NCBI GenBank assembly: GCA_903839905.1
Contig: CAIMDX010000020.1
Span: 1-48,777, forward strand
DNA: 48,777 bases
Origin: an uncultured bacterium
GTDB taxonomy: Bacteria; Patescibacteriota; Minisyncoccia; Minisyncoccales; JAQTVQ01
Direction of reading: 5' to 3'
Shown: piece after piece, positions 39,513-48,715 of the stretch
Position numbering within the stretch: position 1 is the first letter of the stretch
Layout of the letters: each line of letters starts with the position of its first letter
Position numbers and translations under genes: made by a program
The notes under the pieces: generated by a model
Told to the model about the DNA's origin: nothing
The model's input: only the letters and a program-made list of their open reading frames with translations
The model's database searches: none

Positions 39513-42032
39513 ATGCTTGATCTCAAAAACTCGCGGATATCAAAAGCGATCTTCGTTGAAAAATATTTCTTTCCCGGAATGCTTGATATTTTCAAAGTAA
39601 TTTTTGCAACCGGTTTTATTTATCTTTCAGCTATTTATTTCAGTTATCCTTTTCTAAACTCCGCCTCTTTTTCAAAAGAATCCATCTTGGGCGCAGCCTT
39701 AATTTTGTTTTCATTATGGGGATGGCTTTGGCTAATTCTCTGCTTCTTCAGCCAAAAACTGAAAGAGCCAGCGATAAAAGGATCAGACAGCTTGGCCGAT
39801 TTTTTAGACCTGGATTCGGCCAAAGCCATAATAAAAGCCATTCATTCTAAAAAATATTCTTTCAGTCTGTCCCTCTTTTTAACATTGGTAGAAATGCCTC
39901 AATTCAAGCTGGCTTTTTCAAGGCTTTTATTGTCTCGGGAAAAAATTTCCAAGACCGCCCAAGAAATATGGGGAAAAGGGGAGGCCAATGAAGGCAACAG
40001 GCTTGAAGAAGCGGAACAAATCGTTATGTCCGCGCTTAAAATGGCCGCCGCCCAAGATTTGGAAAGAATTCCCGCTTCCCAGTTGCTGTTTGCCATTATG
40101 GAAAGCCACCCTTTGGCCCAAAAAACCTTATTCAACCTCGGCGTTTCCAAAAACGATATTATGGAAACAATCCTTTGGCAGGAAAAAACTTTAAGCTCCC
40201 AAAAAACAAGAAAAAAATTCTGGCTGAAAGAAAATCTTTTGAAAAAAAGCAGCATCGGCAGGCAATGGGCGGCCGGGCATACTTATTATCTCAACCTTTA
40301 CTCGCGAGACCTTACAAATTTCAAACAAGCGCTTTCTCTTGGAATTCTTCTGCATGAAAAGCAAATAAAACAGGCTGAAGACGCTTTAATAAGCTCTAAC
40401 GGCAGCACTTCCGCCTTGCTGGTCGGAGAACCGGGCGCTGGGAGAAGAATGCTTTTATCCAATTTGGCAAATAAAATTTCGGAAGGGCGCAGCTATAGAT
40501 CTCTTAATTTTAACAGAATAGTGGAGATCAATATGCCGTCCTTGATAACTTCCTCCCAAGGAATTGAAGAGCTTGAAGTCATTTTAAAATCAATATTCAA
40601 CGAAGCAATGCGAGCCGGCAATGTTATTCTCGTAATTCGCGAGATCCATAACTATATAGGATCTCATTTCGGGGCCAGGGATGTAGCAAAGGTCAATATT
40701 TCCGGAATGCTGGCAGAATATGTTTCCAGGCCTGGGTTCCGCCTTATAGGAATCACAACTCCCGAAGGATTCAACCGCGTCTGGCAACAAAATCAAGAAA
40801 TCCTTTCGCATTTCGCAAAAATAGAAGTTCCGCCAGCCACCCCGAAAGAAACGCTGGCAATCTTGGAAGAATCGACCTTGGAAATAGAAAGGCAAACAAA
40901 ATTCTTGATTTCATTCCCGGCGCTTGAAGAAATAATAGAACTCGCCGACCGCTATATTTCCAATGCTCCTTTTCCCAAAAAAGCGCTGGATGTTCTAGAC
41001 GGAGTGATTATTTACAAGATAAGAAACAGCAGAAGGGGATCTAATCTGGTCTTGAAAAAAGAGGTTGATGCCTTGGTTTCTGAAAAGATTGAAATTCCGG
41101 TAGGCGAAGCGAGCCAAAAAGAAAAAGATGTCCTACTAAATCTAGAGGACATCATTCATCAACGGCTCGTGGGCCAGGAAGAAGCAGTTTCCGAAATCGC
41201 CAATGCCCTGCGCCGCGCAAGAGCTGATATAAAAAACGGCAAAAGAACCTTGGGCAGTTTTCTTTTTCTGGGCCCGACCGGCGTAGGCAAGACGGAAACC
41301 GCCAAATGCCTGGCCAGGGCTTATTTCGGCTCGGAGAAAAAAATGATACGGCTTGATATGTCCGAATACCAAGAAGCCGGCTCAATCAAAAAACTGATCG
41401 GCGACGGAGAAAACCCAGGATACTTCACGACCATGGTAAGGGAAGATCCTTTTTCCTTGATCCTGCTTGATGAAATTGAAAAGGCCCATCCGAATATCTT
41501 GGATCTTTTCCTGCAAATATTGGACGAAGGCCGGTCAACCGACGGATCAGGCCGGATAGTTGATTTCAGAAGTACAATCATTATCGCGACTTCAAACGCG
41601 GGTGCGGAATTAGTGAGAGACGCTGTTAAAAAAGGTAAAAATTTATCCGAATACAAACAAGAGTTTATAGATGAAATCCTGAAAAAGGGGCTTTTCAGGC
41701 CGGAGTTTCTGAACAGGTTTGACGCGGTCGTTTTGTTTCGTACCCTTGCGGAAGAACATCTGCGGAAGATTGCCCAACTTATGCTTGAAGAAATAAAAAA
41801 CGGCCTCGCCCAAAAAGAAATAAATCTTGTGATCACTTCGGATTTGGTTGAAAAAATGGCTGAGATCGGATTTTATCCCGAATTCGGAGCAAGAGAGATG
41901 AGAAGGGCCATCCAAGAAAAAGTTGAGAACATCATCGCCAAAGCGATGCTGTCCGGAAGCCTCAAAACAAGCGACACCATAAAAATAGACCCGGAAACAT
42001 TCAAGATAATAAAGGTAAGTAAAGATATCTAA
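39513..42032 (+). CDS. Membrane-anchored Clp/Hsp100-family AAA+ ATPase with degenerate first nucleotide-binding domain (NBD1)
   Basis: 839 aa. Two N-terminal TM helices and Clp_N-like repeats. NBD1 has Walker A GEPGAGRR and Walker B VIREIH, both non-canonical. NBD2 has GPTGVGKT and LLDEIEKAH, both canonical. Sensor-2 is GAREMRR. Confidence 0.8.
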   Translation: MLDLKNSRISKAIFVEKYFFPGMLDIFKVIFATGFIYLSAIYFSYPFLNSASFSKESILGAALILFSLWGWLWLILCFFSQKLKEPAIKGSDSLADFLDLDSAKAIIKAIHSKKYSFSLSLFLTLVEMPQFKLAFSRLLLSREKISKTAQEIWGKGEANEGNRLEEAEQIVMSALKMAAAQDLERIPASQLLFAIMESHPLAQKTLFNLGVSKNDIMETILWQEKTLSSQKTRKKFWLKENLLKKSSIGRQWAAGHTYYLNLYSRDLTNFKQALSLGILLHEKQIKQAEDALISSNGSTSALLVGEPGAGRRMLLSNLANKISEGRSYRSLNFNRIVEINMPSLITSSQGIEELEVILKSIFNEAMRAGNVILVIREIHNYIGSHFGARDVAKVNISGMLAEYVSRPGFRLIGITTPEGFNRVWQQNQEILSHFAKIEVPPATPKETLAILEESTLEIERQTKFLISFPALEEIIELADRYISNAPFPKKALDVLDGVIIYKIRNSRRGSNLVLKKEVDALVSEKIEIPVGEASQKEKDVLLNLEDIIHQRLVGQEEAVSEIANALRRARADIKNGKRTLGSFLFLGPTGVGKTETAKCLARAYFGSEKKMIRLDMSEYQEAGSIKKLIGDGENPGYFTTMVREDPFSLILLDEIEKAHPNILDLFLQILDEGRSTDGSGRIVDFRSTIIIATSNAGAELVRDAVKKGKNLSEYKQEFIDEILKKGLFRPEFLNRFDAVVLFRTLAEEHLRKIAQLMLEEIKNGLAQKEINLVITSDLVEKMAEIGFYPEFGAREMRRAIQEKVENIIAKAMLSGSLKTSDTIKIDPETFKIIKVSKDI

Positions 42033-42101
42033 TCCTGGAAAGGGTTTTACTTACTTCAGGAGGGGTTAGATCCCTCCTAGAATAAACATCCTAAACAAAA
42101 A

Positions 42102-42132
42102 ATGCCAGAAGCTGAACTTCTGGCATTTTTTT
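42102..42132. terminator. Bidirectional rho-independent terminator
   Basis: AAAAA-ATGCCAGAAG-CTGAA-CTTCTGGCAT-TTTTTT, between convergent genes. Confidence 0.75.
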
Positions 42133-42154
42133 ATTGATCTATTGGTATTAAGCT

Positions 42155-42727
42155 CTATTCTATACAGCAATTAACGGCTTTTTTGACCATCTCTTTCAGT
42201 TTGGCCATTAGGCCATTCTTTTGCGGATCCGGCTGTTTTTCAACAAGGCTATCGCTGGCAGCGGAGGCTACAACTTGCTCAACGGACTTGTCATCTATTT
42301 TTTTTACATCGCCGATATTGATCAGCTTCATATTCAAGCCCCAGAACAGAGAATAGAGGCTGAACGCTTTGTTAAAAAGACTATAGGCAACATCTTTTTT
42401 GCCCATGGAAAGCTGCTTTGTCCCGACCTCCATCAATCTCATTGAAGCGGCCAGCAAATGCTTGGAGATGCACCAAACTTCTCCTTCGTATTCCTTAATA
42501 ATCTCTTTTAACAGCTCTTTCCTCATCTCCCGCACGATATTGATTAGGTCGTAATACTCGTTTTTGCCGGTTTTAGCGCCGGTAAAAAAGAAGTGTTCTT
42601 CTATACTAATCAAATTCATAATAGCCAAGCTCAAATCCTGGTCTGAAGACAAATCCATTTTGTCTTTTTTCTTTATATCATCAACTTTGGCCACGAACTC
42701 GTTGAGATCTTTTATGGGGTTGTTCAT
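42155..42727 (-). CDS. Hypothetical helical protein
   Basis: 190-aa ORF with no recognisable motif. Confidence 0.55.
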   Translation of the reverse strand: MNNPIKDLNEFVAKVDDIKKKDKMDLSSDQDLSLAIMNLISIEEHFFFTGAKTGKNEYYDLINIVREMRKELLKEIIKEYEGEVWCISKHLLAASMRLMEVGTKQLSMGKKDVAYSLFNKAFSLYSLFWGLNMKLINIGDVKKIDDKSVEQVVASAASDSLVEKQPDPQKNGLMAKLKEMVKKAVNCCIE

Positions 42728-42780
42728 AAATTTTCAATTTTTAATTTCTAAATAATTTTTAATGACTAAATTTTTAAACC

Positions 42781-43338
42781 CTATTTCGTCAAAAAATAAA
42801 ACACTATGCTCAAAATAACCAGGGGCGCTATCGGCATCACTACCTTTTCAAAAGGGAAGTGGGCATGGCCGTTGTTTTTCTCTTTCAAATAATCATATAA
42901 GGTTGCGCCAAAGTAAAAAGCGATACTGCCTGTGATTATGCCTATCAAAAGCTTGTCTTTAAGGCAAGAACAGATGAAGTTAAAAGGGCTGGCAATGATT
43001 TTGGCATAGTATAAAGGAAAAATAGTTAAAAGATAATAGGACGCGGTTACGACAAAAGCCCTAAAACGGAATTTTATATTCTTTTTATCCAACCAGGTCA
43101 GAGTCCAAACAGATAAAGAAACCAGCAGCCCGCCGATCCAAAGCCCGGCTACGGCATCGCTAATGCCCATCCAGCGGGAAAGGCCAAGCCCTGCGCCTAC
43201 GGCAATAGTGCAAACCGGACAAACAGCCAAAGCCTGGGTTGCGGGCAACAGCCCGGCAACGACGATAAGAGAAATCAAACCTTTATTTTTTATAGACAGT
43301 TTCATTTTATTGAGTTTGTCCGTTAATTTTATCTTCAA
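42781..43338 (-). CDS. Polytopic membrane protein with CPVC and CSC motifs (candidate thiol-oxidoreductase partner)
   Basis: 185 aa with about 5 TM segments. CPVC lies at the start of TM2 and a C-S-C pair lies in a later loop. The start is probably at MKLS (43305), which removes the 32-nt overlap with the upstream gene. Confidence 0.6.
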   Translation of the reverse strand: MKIKLTDKLNKMKLSIKNKGLISLIVVAGLLPATQALAVCPVCTIAVGAGLGLSRWMGISDAVAGLWIGGLLVSLSVWTLTWLDKKNIKFRFRAFVVTASYYLLTIFPLYYAKIIASPFNFICSCLKDKLLIGIITGSIAFYFGATLYDYLKEKNNGHAHFPFEKVVMPIAPLVILSIVFYFLTK

Positions 43339-43705
43339 AAAATTTAATGATATTATCTTTGCCGATTAAGCAAGTTGAACCGGTCCATAAAAAAGGAACG
43401 CCAACGCTTTCTTCCGCTATGCCGCAAATTTTGGCTTTGGCTAAAAGCTCTTGGCGGTTCCCCTCGTTTTGAAAAATCTCTTTCTGGCCAAAAACAACTT
43501 TTTCCTTGATCTTATTGGCTTCTATCCAGGCGTCCAAATCAATGCAATGAGGGCAGGTAACTCCATAATAAAGGATTATTTCCGCATCTTTACCCGGCTC
43601 CGGCTGATTTGGATCAATAGCGTTTTTTTCACCAACTAAGATAAAGATCGCTACTACGGAGACTAGAAAGAAAAGCGCGGTTGAAAAAATGATTTTCTTA
43701 TTCAT
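43307..43705 (-). CDS. Signal-anchored thioredoxin-fold protein (CPHC active site)
   Basis: 132 aa. N-terminal TM anchor. ILYYGVTCPHCIDLDAWI is a thioredoxin/glutaredoxin CxxC context, with GVPF further on. Confidence 0.7.
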   Translation of the reverse strand: MNKKIIFSTALFFLVSVVAIFILVGEKNAIDPNQPEPGKDAEIILYYGVTCPHCIDLDAWIEANKIKEKVVFGQKEIFQNEGNRQELLAKAKICGIAEESVGVPFLWTGSTCLIGKDNIIKFFEDKINGQTQ

Positions 43706-43807
43706 CTTCCTAAAATGTTTTTAATTCCGTTTAATTGCTGTAAAATTAAAATATCCTAAAATCTGTTTTAAATCAAATTTTTTAATAAACTCATTATACC
43801 AAACACT

Positions 43808-44224
43808 ATGCCAACAGCCAAAGAAACCGGCCAACTAGGGGAGCAGATAGCTATTGAATATTTAAAAAGCAACGGTTACGAAATATTAGGCCATAACTAT
43901 GTTTTCCGCGTTCCGCAAGGACCGCCCCTGGGAGAGATAGACATCATAGCTAAAAAGAAAAAAACAATTGTTTTTGTGGAAGTGAAAACATTGCGGATAG
44001 ACGAAACGACGGGAAGAGAGCCGCTAATCCGCCCCGAAGAAAAAGCCAACTATCAAAAAATGCGGAAAGTGGTTAGGGCCGCGGAAAGCTGGTTAATGAA
44101 AAATAAGGCCGGCTTGGACAGCCCCTGGCAAATTGATATAATTGCCGTGAAGATTTTTAGCGACCACAACAAGATCGTCCATTTTGAAAACGCTGTTTCC
44201 AGCAATGTGGACAACTTTCATTGA
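43808..44224 (+). CDS. yraN: YraN-family (UPF0102) endonuclease-like protein
   Basis: 138 aa. GEQIAIEYLKSNGYEIL...GEIDIIA......VFVEVKT is the YraN/PD-(D/E)xK core. Confidence 0.8.
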   Translation: MPTAKETGQLGEQIAIEYLKSNGYEILGHNYVFRVPQGPPLGEIDIIAKKKKTIVFVEVKTLRIDETTGREPLIRPEEKANYQKMRKVVRAAESWLMKNKAGLDSPWQIDIIAVKIFSDHNKIVHFENAVSSNVDNFH

Positions 44225-44259
44225 CCTAAATCCTCTTTCAAATATAATTACGCTTGCCC

Positions 44260-44279
44260 AGCCAGGAATCATCCTGGCT
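44260..44279 (+). terminator. Hairpin after yraN
   Basis: AGCCAGGA-ATCA-TCCTGGCT followed by only TT. A weak terminator. Confidence 0.4.
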
Positions 44280-44330
44280 TTGGACGGGAATAAGAGATAA
44301 GCTTAACGCGTTAAATAATACAAAAAGACT

Positions 44331-44990
44331 ATGGACATCCAACAGTATCTTTCGCAAGCGCAGGCTCTTTTTGACCAAAGGCTTTCTTTCAGGATTATGG
44401 CAGCGGTTTTATTCTTTCTGATCGGCTGGGCATTTTCTTGCTGGCTAGCAAAAAAATTGTCGCGAACTTTGGAAAGAACAAATCTCAATAATGTTGCCAA
44501 GGGAACCCAGCTAAACGACGCTTTGGCTAAAAAAAATATCAACATCAATCTTCCCAAATTTTTGGGCGAGATTCTTAAATGGTCTCTTTTGCTTGTAACG
44601 CTGATGATCTCAACCGACATCGCGGGATTGCAACAAGTCAGCGGATTATTCATTTCCATTATTAAATTTTTGCCGAATATTTATATCTCCCTCTTTATTT
44701 TATTCGTTGCCCTTTCCGCAGAAAACTTTTCCCAGAAGATCATCATCGGCAATATTGAAGACGAGAAGCTTGTTTATTCCAAAATTTTAGGGAAAATTGC
44801 CAGATTTTCCATCCGGATTCTTGCTGTTTTGGCAATTTTATACCAGCTGAATATCGCCCAGGCTTTGGTGTTAAGTATTTTCATCGCTTTTCTGGCCACG
44901 CTGGCTTTGGCTATCGGCATTTCTTTCGGCATCGGCGGCAAAGATTTGGCCAAAAAAATTCTGGATGAAGTTAAAAACAAACTTTCCTAA
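44331..44990 (+). CDS. Hypothetical membrane protein (TM-helix-repeat-like)
   Basis: 219 aa with 4-5 TM segments. Confidence 0.5.
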   Translation: MDIQQYLSQAQALFDQRLSFRIMAAVLFFLIGWAFSCWLAKKLSRTLERTNLNNVAKGTQLNDALAKKNININLPKFLGEILKWSLLLVTLMISTDIAGLQQVSGLFISIIKFLPNIYISLFILFVALSAENFSQKIIIGNIEDEKLVYSKILGKIARFSIRILAVLAILYQLNIAQALVLSIFIAFLATLALAIGISFGIGGKDLAKKILDEVKNKLS

Positions 44991-44993
44991 AAA

Positions 44994-46787
44994 ATGAAAA
45001 CCATTGCCCCAAAAGAGCTTAAAAAAATGATCATCTATTCCTGCCAAAGAATAGAAAGGGACAAGGAAAACATAAACAAGATCAATGTTTTTCCGGTACC
45101 AGACCAAGATACCGGAAACAATCTGGCTAAAACGCTGGGGGGAATAAAGCAAGCAATTGAAAATAAAAATTACGATACGACCGAAACCTTGGCCAATGAT
45201 GTTTTGGAAGCCTCTCTAGCCAGCGCTCAAGGAAACGCCGGAGTCATTTACACCGGTTTTTTAGCCGGATTTTTATCGCAAATAAACAAAAATGAAATTG
45301 ACGCTAGAATTTTGGGAGCAGCTTTCCGCAAAGGCGCGGAACGGGCCAGGCAATCAATCCAAAATCCAAAAGAAGGAACGATCCTGGATGTGATAACGGC
45401 CGCGGCTAAAAGTGTTGAAGAAGAAGCGGAAAAAGGAAACGACATTCCCTCTGCCCTGAAAACAGCCATCAAGGCCGCAAGCGAAGCGCTGCTTAAAACC
45501 CGCGAACAGATGGCTATTTTAAAAAAAGCGAATGTTGTTGACGCCGGAGGCCTGGGCTTTTTAATAATTATGGAAAGCTATCTTGAAGCCTTGAAAGACA
45601 AAAAAGTATCTTCCCCGATTGAAACAAAACCTTCCCAAAATGTTAAAAATATCATCCAGATTATTTCCGCCCGCTTTGAAGTGGTAGCCCTTATTAAAAA
45701 CCCAAGGATCAACGATATTGAAATGCGCAAGGCTTTATCCCGCTTTGGCAACTCTTTGGACATCGTCCAAATAAAGAATAAAATGAAGATTCATGTCCAC
45801 ACCGATATGCCGGATGATGTAATTGCCGCCATAAAACAAAAAGGCCAAATCCTTGATTTAAGGACGCAAGATATGGCCAAGGAAATTGTCGGCGAGCCTT
45901 CAATAAAAAAGGTTTCCATCGGATTGATTACCGATCCTCTTGCCAATTTGACCGATAAGATCATTGAACGATATGGCATAGAGATCGTCCAATATATTTA
46001 CGACTGGCCGGAAGAAAATATGCTGCGAGGGGAAAATATCTATCAAAAAATGAGAGACGCCGCCAGCAAGGGGATAGCCAATCTCCCGAAAACTTCCCAG
46101 CCCAGCCCCAAAGATTTCCTGGATGCTTTCAAGAAAAAATTAAGCCAAGGATATAAAGAAGTCCTCTGTATTAATTTTTCTTCCAAGCTTTCCGGCGGAT
46201 ACAATTCCGCCTGCCAGGCAAGGAACTTGCTGCCCGAAGAGCAGAAACAAAAAATCCATATCTTTGATTCTCTGAACGCCGCCGCAGGCCAGGCGCTGAT
46301 CGTCCTGAAAGCCGTTGAATTCATTCAAATGCAAAAAAACATAAAGGAAATTTTAGTTGAGCTTAAAAAAGAATCGGACCGGGTTGAATTATACGGAATG
46401 CCTCAAGACCCAAAATGGCTGGAATGGGGAGGCCGCATCAGCCATAGCCAAGCCCAATGGCTAAGACGCCTTCAAAAAATCAGGATCAGCCCCTTGTTGG
46501 GAATCAAAAATGGAAAAATAGAAAAAATAGGCTTCAGCACCGGAGAAAAAGAAATGTCCGAAGCCATCTTTAAAAAAATTCTTTCCGGAACTAAAAAACT
46601 TAGAAAAGAAAACAAAAATATCCGAGTGGTCATCACCCATTGCGATAATCCCCAAGGAGCCCAAAAACTTAAAGAGATGCTAAGGCAGGAAAATTTTGAA
46701 GTCTCTTTTATCAATCTGACCGACTCAATCATCGGAGTCCATGTAGGCCCGGGAGCATTGATAGCAGCATGGACAGAAATAGACTAG
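44994..46787 (+). CDS. DAK2-domain / DegV-domain fusion protein (YloV-like)
   Basis: 597 aa. N-terminal DhaL/DAK2 signature DQDTGNNLAKTLGG...GNAGVIY. C-terminal DegV-like half (SSKLSGGYNSA, HVGPGAL). Confidence 0.75.
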   Translation: MKTIAPKELKKMIIYSCQRIERDKENINKINVFPVPDQDTGNNLAKTLGGIKQAIENKNYDTTETLANDVLEASLASAQGNAGVIYTGFLAGFLSQINKNEIDARILGAAFRKGAERARQSIQNPKEGTILDVITAAAKSVEEEAEKGNDIPSALKTAIKAASEALLKTREQMAILKKANVVDAGGLGFLIIMESYLEALKDKKVSSPIETKPSQNVKNIIQIISARFEVVALIKNPRINDIEMRKALSRFGNSLDIVQIKNKMKIHVHTDMPDDVIAAIKQKGQILDLRTQDMAKEIVGEPSIKKVSIGLITDPLANLTDKIIERYGIEIVQYIYDWPEENMLRGENIYQKMRDAASKGIANLPKTSQPSPKDFLDAFKKKLSQGYKEVLCINFSSKLSGGYNSACQARNLLPEEQKQKIHIFDSLNAAAGQALIVLKAVEFIQMQKNIKEILVELKKESDRVELYGMPQDPKWLEWGGRISHSQAQWLRRLQKIRISPLLGIKNGKIEKIGFSTGEKEMSEAIFKKILSGTKKLRKENKNIRVVITHCDNPQGAQKLKEMLRQENFEVSFINLTDSIIGVHVGPGALIAAWTEID

Positions 46788-46790
46788 CGA

Positions 46791-46929
46791 AAAATCCCAA
46801 ACCCCAATGTCCAATGACCAACCAAATCCAAATTTCCAAAACCCCTGCCGGCAGGCAGGCCAAAACGAACGATTTGGTCATTGGGATTTAGGATTTGGTT
46901 GGGCTTTGGGATTTGGTCATTGGGATTTC
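46791..46929. repeat. Long low-complexity palindrome centred on a GC clamp
   Basis: Arms of AATCCCAA/CCAATGACC words and their complements. Centre CCTGCC-GGCA-GGCAGG (46844-46859). Confidence 0.75.
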
Positions 46930-46971
46930 ATTAGGTCAATTAGATATTAGAAATTAAAAATTTAATAGCTT

Positions 46972-48093
46972 ATGTATATAAAGGGCGTTGGGATGACAAA
47001 ATTTGATTACAGCCAAAAACCATGGTGGAAGTTTGCTTATGAAGCGGCCTTGGAAGCGCTGGAAGACGCGAAAATGAGATCGTCACAGATTGACGCCATT
47101 GTCCTGACAACCATTTCCAGCGCCGGAGGAGGAGAGCATCAAACCCATAAAGTTTCTTTAATATCTGATCTGTTCAAAACCCATGTCCCTATTATTGAAA
47201 CTCCTTCCGTCTGCTCGGGCGGAGGAGCGGCTTTTTGGACGGCTAACCGGCTCGGCTTTAAAAATATTCTGATATTGAGCGGGGAAAAAGTAGTGGATAA
47301 CCGCACCGAAATTACAACCGATTTGATTATGTCGGCCGCCGAACGAACGATAGAACAAACAGAGGGTATGATTTTTCCTGCACAAAATGCCCTTGTCTGG
47401 CAAGACTATATGAAAAAGTACGGAGCCACAATGGACGACCTCTCTTTGATAGCTTATAAGAACCATCAAAATGCAGCCTTGAACCCCAAAGCTTATTATT
47501 ATAAAAGAGCTATATCCCTGGAGGAGATCAAAAAATCTCCGGAAATCGCTTCACCTTTGCGCTTGATGGATTGTTCTTTGTCGGTCAATGGAGGAGCGGC
47601 CGTAGTTTTAACCCAGGAAAAAACCGAAGTGGAAGTGGCTGGCTCCGGCTTTGCCACCGATTATCTGCTTACTTTCAACCGCGAAGAAACCGGCCATTTT
47701 AAGGCCACGGAATTGGCAGCCAAAATTGCCTACGAGCAAGCCGGCGTTTCCCCAAAAGATATTGATGTTGCCGAACTGCACGACGCTTTTACGCCCATAG
47801 AACTTTTTTCATATGAAGATTTAGGCTTTGTTCCAAAAGGCCAGGGAGCCGAACTTATAAGATCGGGTAAAATAAATTTAGGCGGAGAATTTCCGATCAA
47901 CCCTTCTGGCGGATTAAAAGCCAAGGGCCATCCAATCTCGGTTACTGGTTTAGCACAGATTTACGAAATAACAAGGCAACTTCGGGGGCAGTGCGGCGAA
48001 CGCCAAGCAAAAAACGCCAGCATCGGACTATGCCAAAATATCGGCGGAGCAGGAGGAAGCATTATTGTAAATATTTTGAGAAAAGTTAAATAA
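46972..48093 (+). CDS. Thiolase-family protein (archaeal / SCP-x-like acetyl-CoA acetyltransferase)
   Basis: 373 aa. Candidate active-site Cys in PSVCSGGGAA. C-terminal NPSGGLKAKGHP and CQNIGGAGG motifs. Confidence 0.7.
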   Translation: MYIKGVGMTKFDYSQKPWWKFAYEAALEALEDAKMRSSQIDAIVLTTISSAGGGEHQTHKVSLISDLFKTHVPIIETPSVCSGGGAAFWTANRLGFKNILILSGEKVVDNRTEITTDLIMSAAERTIEQTEGMIFPAQNALVWQDYMKKYGATMDDLSLIAYKNHQNAALNPKAYYYKRAISLEEIKKSPEIASPLRLMDCSLSVNGGAAVVLTQEKTEVEVAGSGFATDYLLTFNREETGHFKATELAAKIAYEQAGVSPKDIDVAELHDAFTPIELFSYEDLGFVPKGQGAELIRSGKINLGGEFPINPSGGLKAKGHPISVTGLAQIYEITRQLRGQCGERQAKNASIGLCQNIGGAGGSIIVNILRKVK

Positions 48094-48598
48094 TTTTAAA
48101 TTTGGAAAGCAGATCGTTGAAATATTTTTTAATCAAAGGGGTAACCTCAATGGCACAAACGCCTTTGCCGGGCTGGCCATAGACAACAGCCGTACCCTCT
48201 TCAGATAAAAGTACGCAAGGAATGGCAAGCAGGTCTTCTTCCCCCTCAACAAAAACATTCTTGTTGAAAAAAATGGCTTCCTTCACAACCCCCCAAGCCT
48301 CTGATTGAATGGTGCCTGCCGGATTTTTTAAAAAAAGGTCATATCTCAAATCTTCAGGCACCTTCATTCTTCGGGTTTTACCATCAAAAATTTTAACATT
48401 AGAAGACAAGTTTAAAGAACAATGATCTCCGACCGTAATCACTTTTTTAAATTTTTTTTGCCAAACAAGCTGATTGAATTTTACAGCCACTTCTTTGTCT
48501 GAACCAAAAACAGACAGCCCGATAGACTCTTGCAACTCTGCCCGTAAAGAATCTGGCAAAATATAAGTTTGATAAAAAATAGGCATAAAGATCAGCAA
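48086..48598 (-). CDS. DUF359-family protein (archaeal-type GTP-dependent dephospho-CoA kinase-like)
   Basis: 170 aa. VITVGDHCS and VEGEEDLLAIPCVL match the DUF359/COG1909 pattern. Confidence 0.6.
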   Translation of the reverse strand: MLIFMPIFYQTYILPDSLRAELQESIGLSVFGSDKEVAVKFNQLVWQKKFKKVITVGDHCSLNLSSNVKIFDGKTRRMKVPEDLRYDLFLKNPAGTIQSEAWGVVKEAIFFNKNVFVEGEEDLLAIPCVLLSEEGTAVVYGQPGKGVCAIEVTPLIKKYFNDLLSKFKII

Positions 48599-48715
48599 CA
48601 GATTAAAAAGTACCCTGTTTAAAAAACAAAATCAATAGAACCATATCTGATAATTATAATAAGGAGAGAAGCAAAGATTAAGCTAATTAAGAATCCATAT
48701 TTATAGCCATCAACC

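Noticed and set aside
877-48000. The many 60-220-aa ORFs antisense to long genes, for example 7031-7690 (+), 35462-36136 (-), 36401-36859 (-), 41321-41836 (-), 34365-34796 (+) and 16679-17101 (+)
   Set aside because: Each lies wholly inside a longer ORF on the opposite strand that has clear family motifs. Their translations are low-complexity or Ser/Leu/Phe/Lys-biased, as expected for antisense frames of AT-rich genes.
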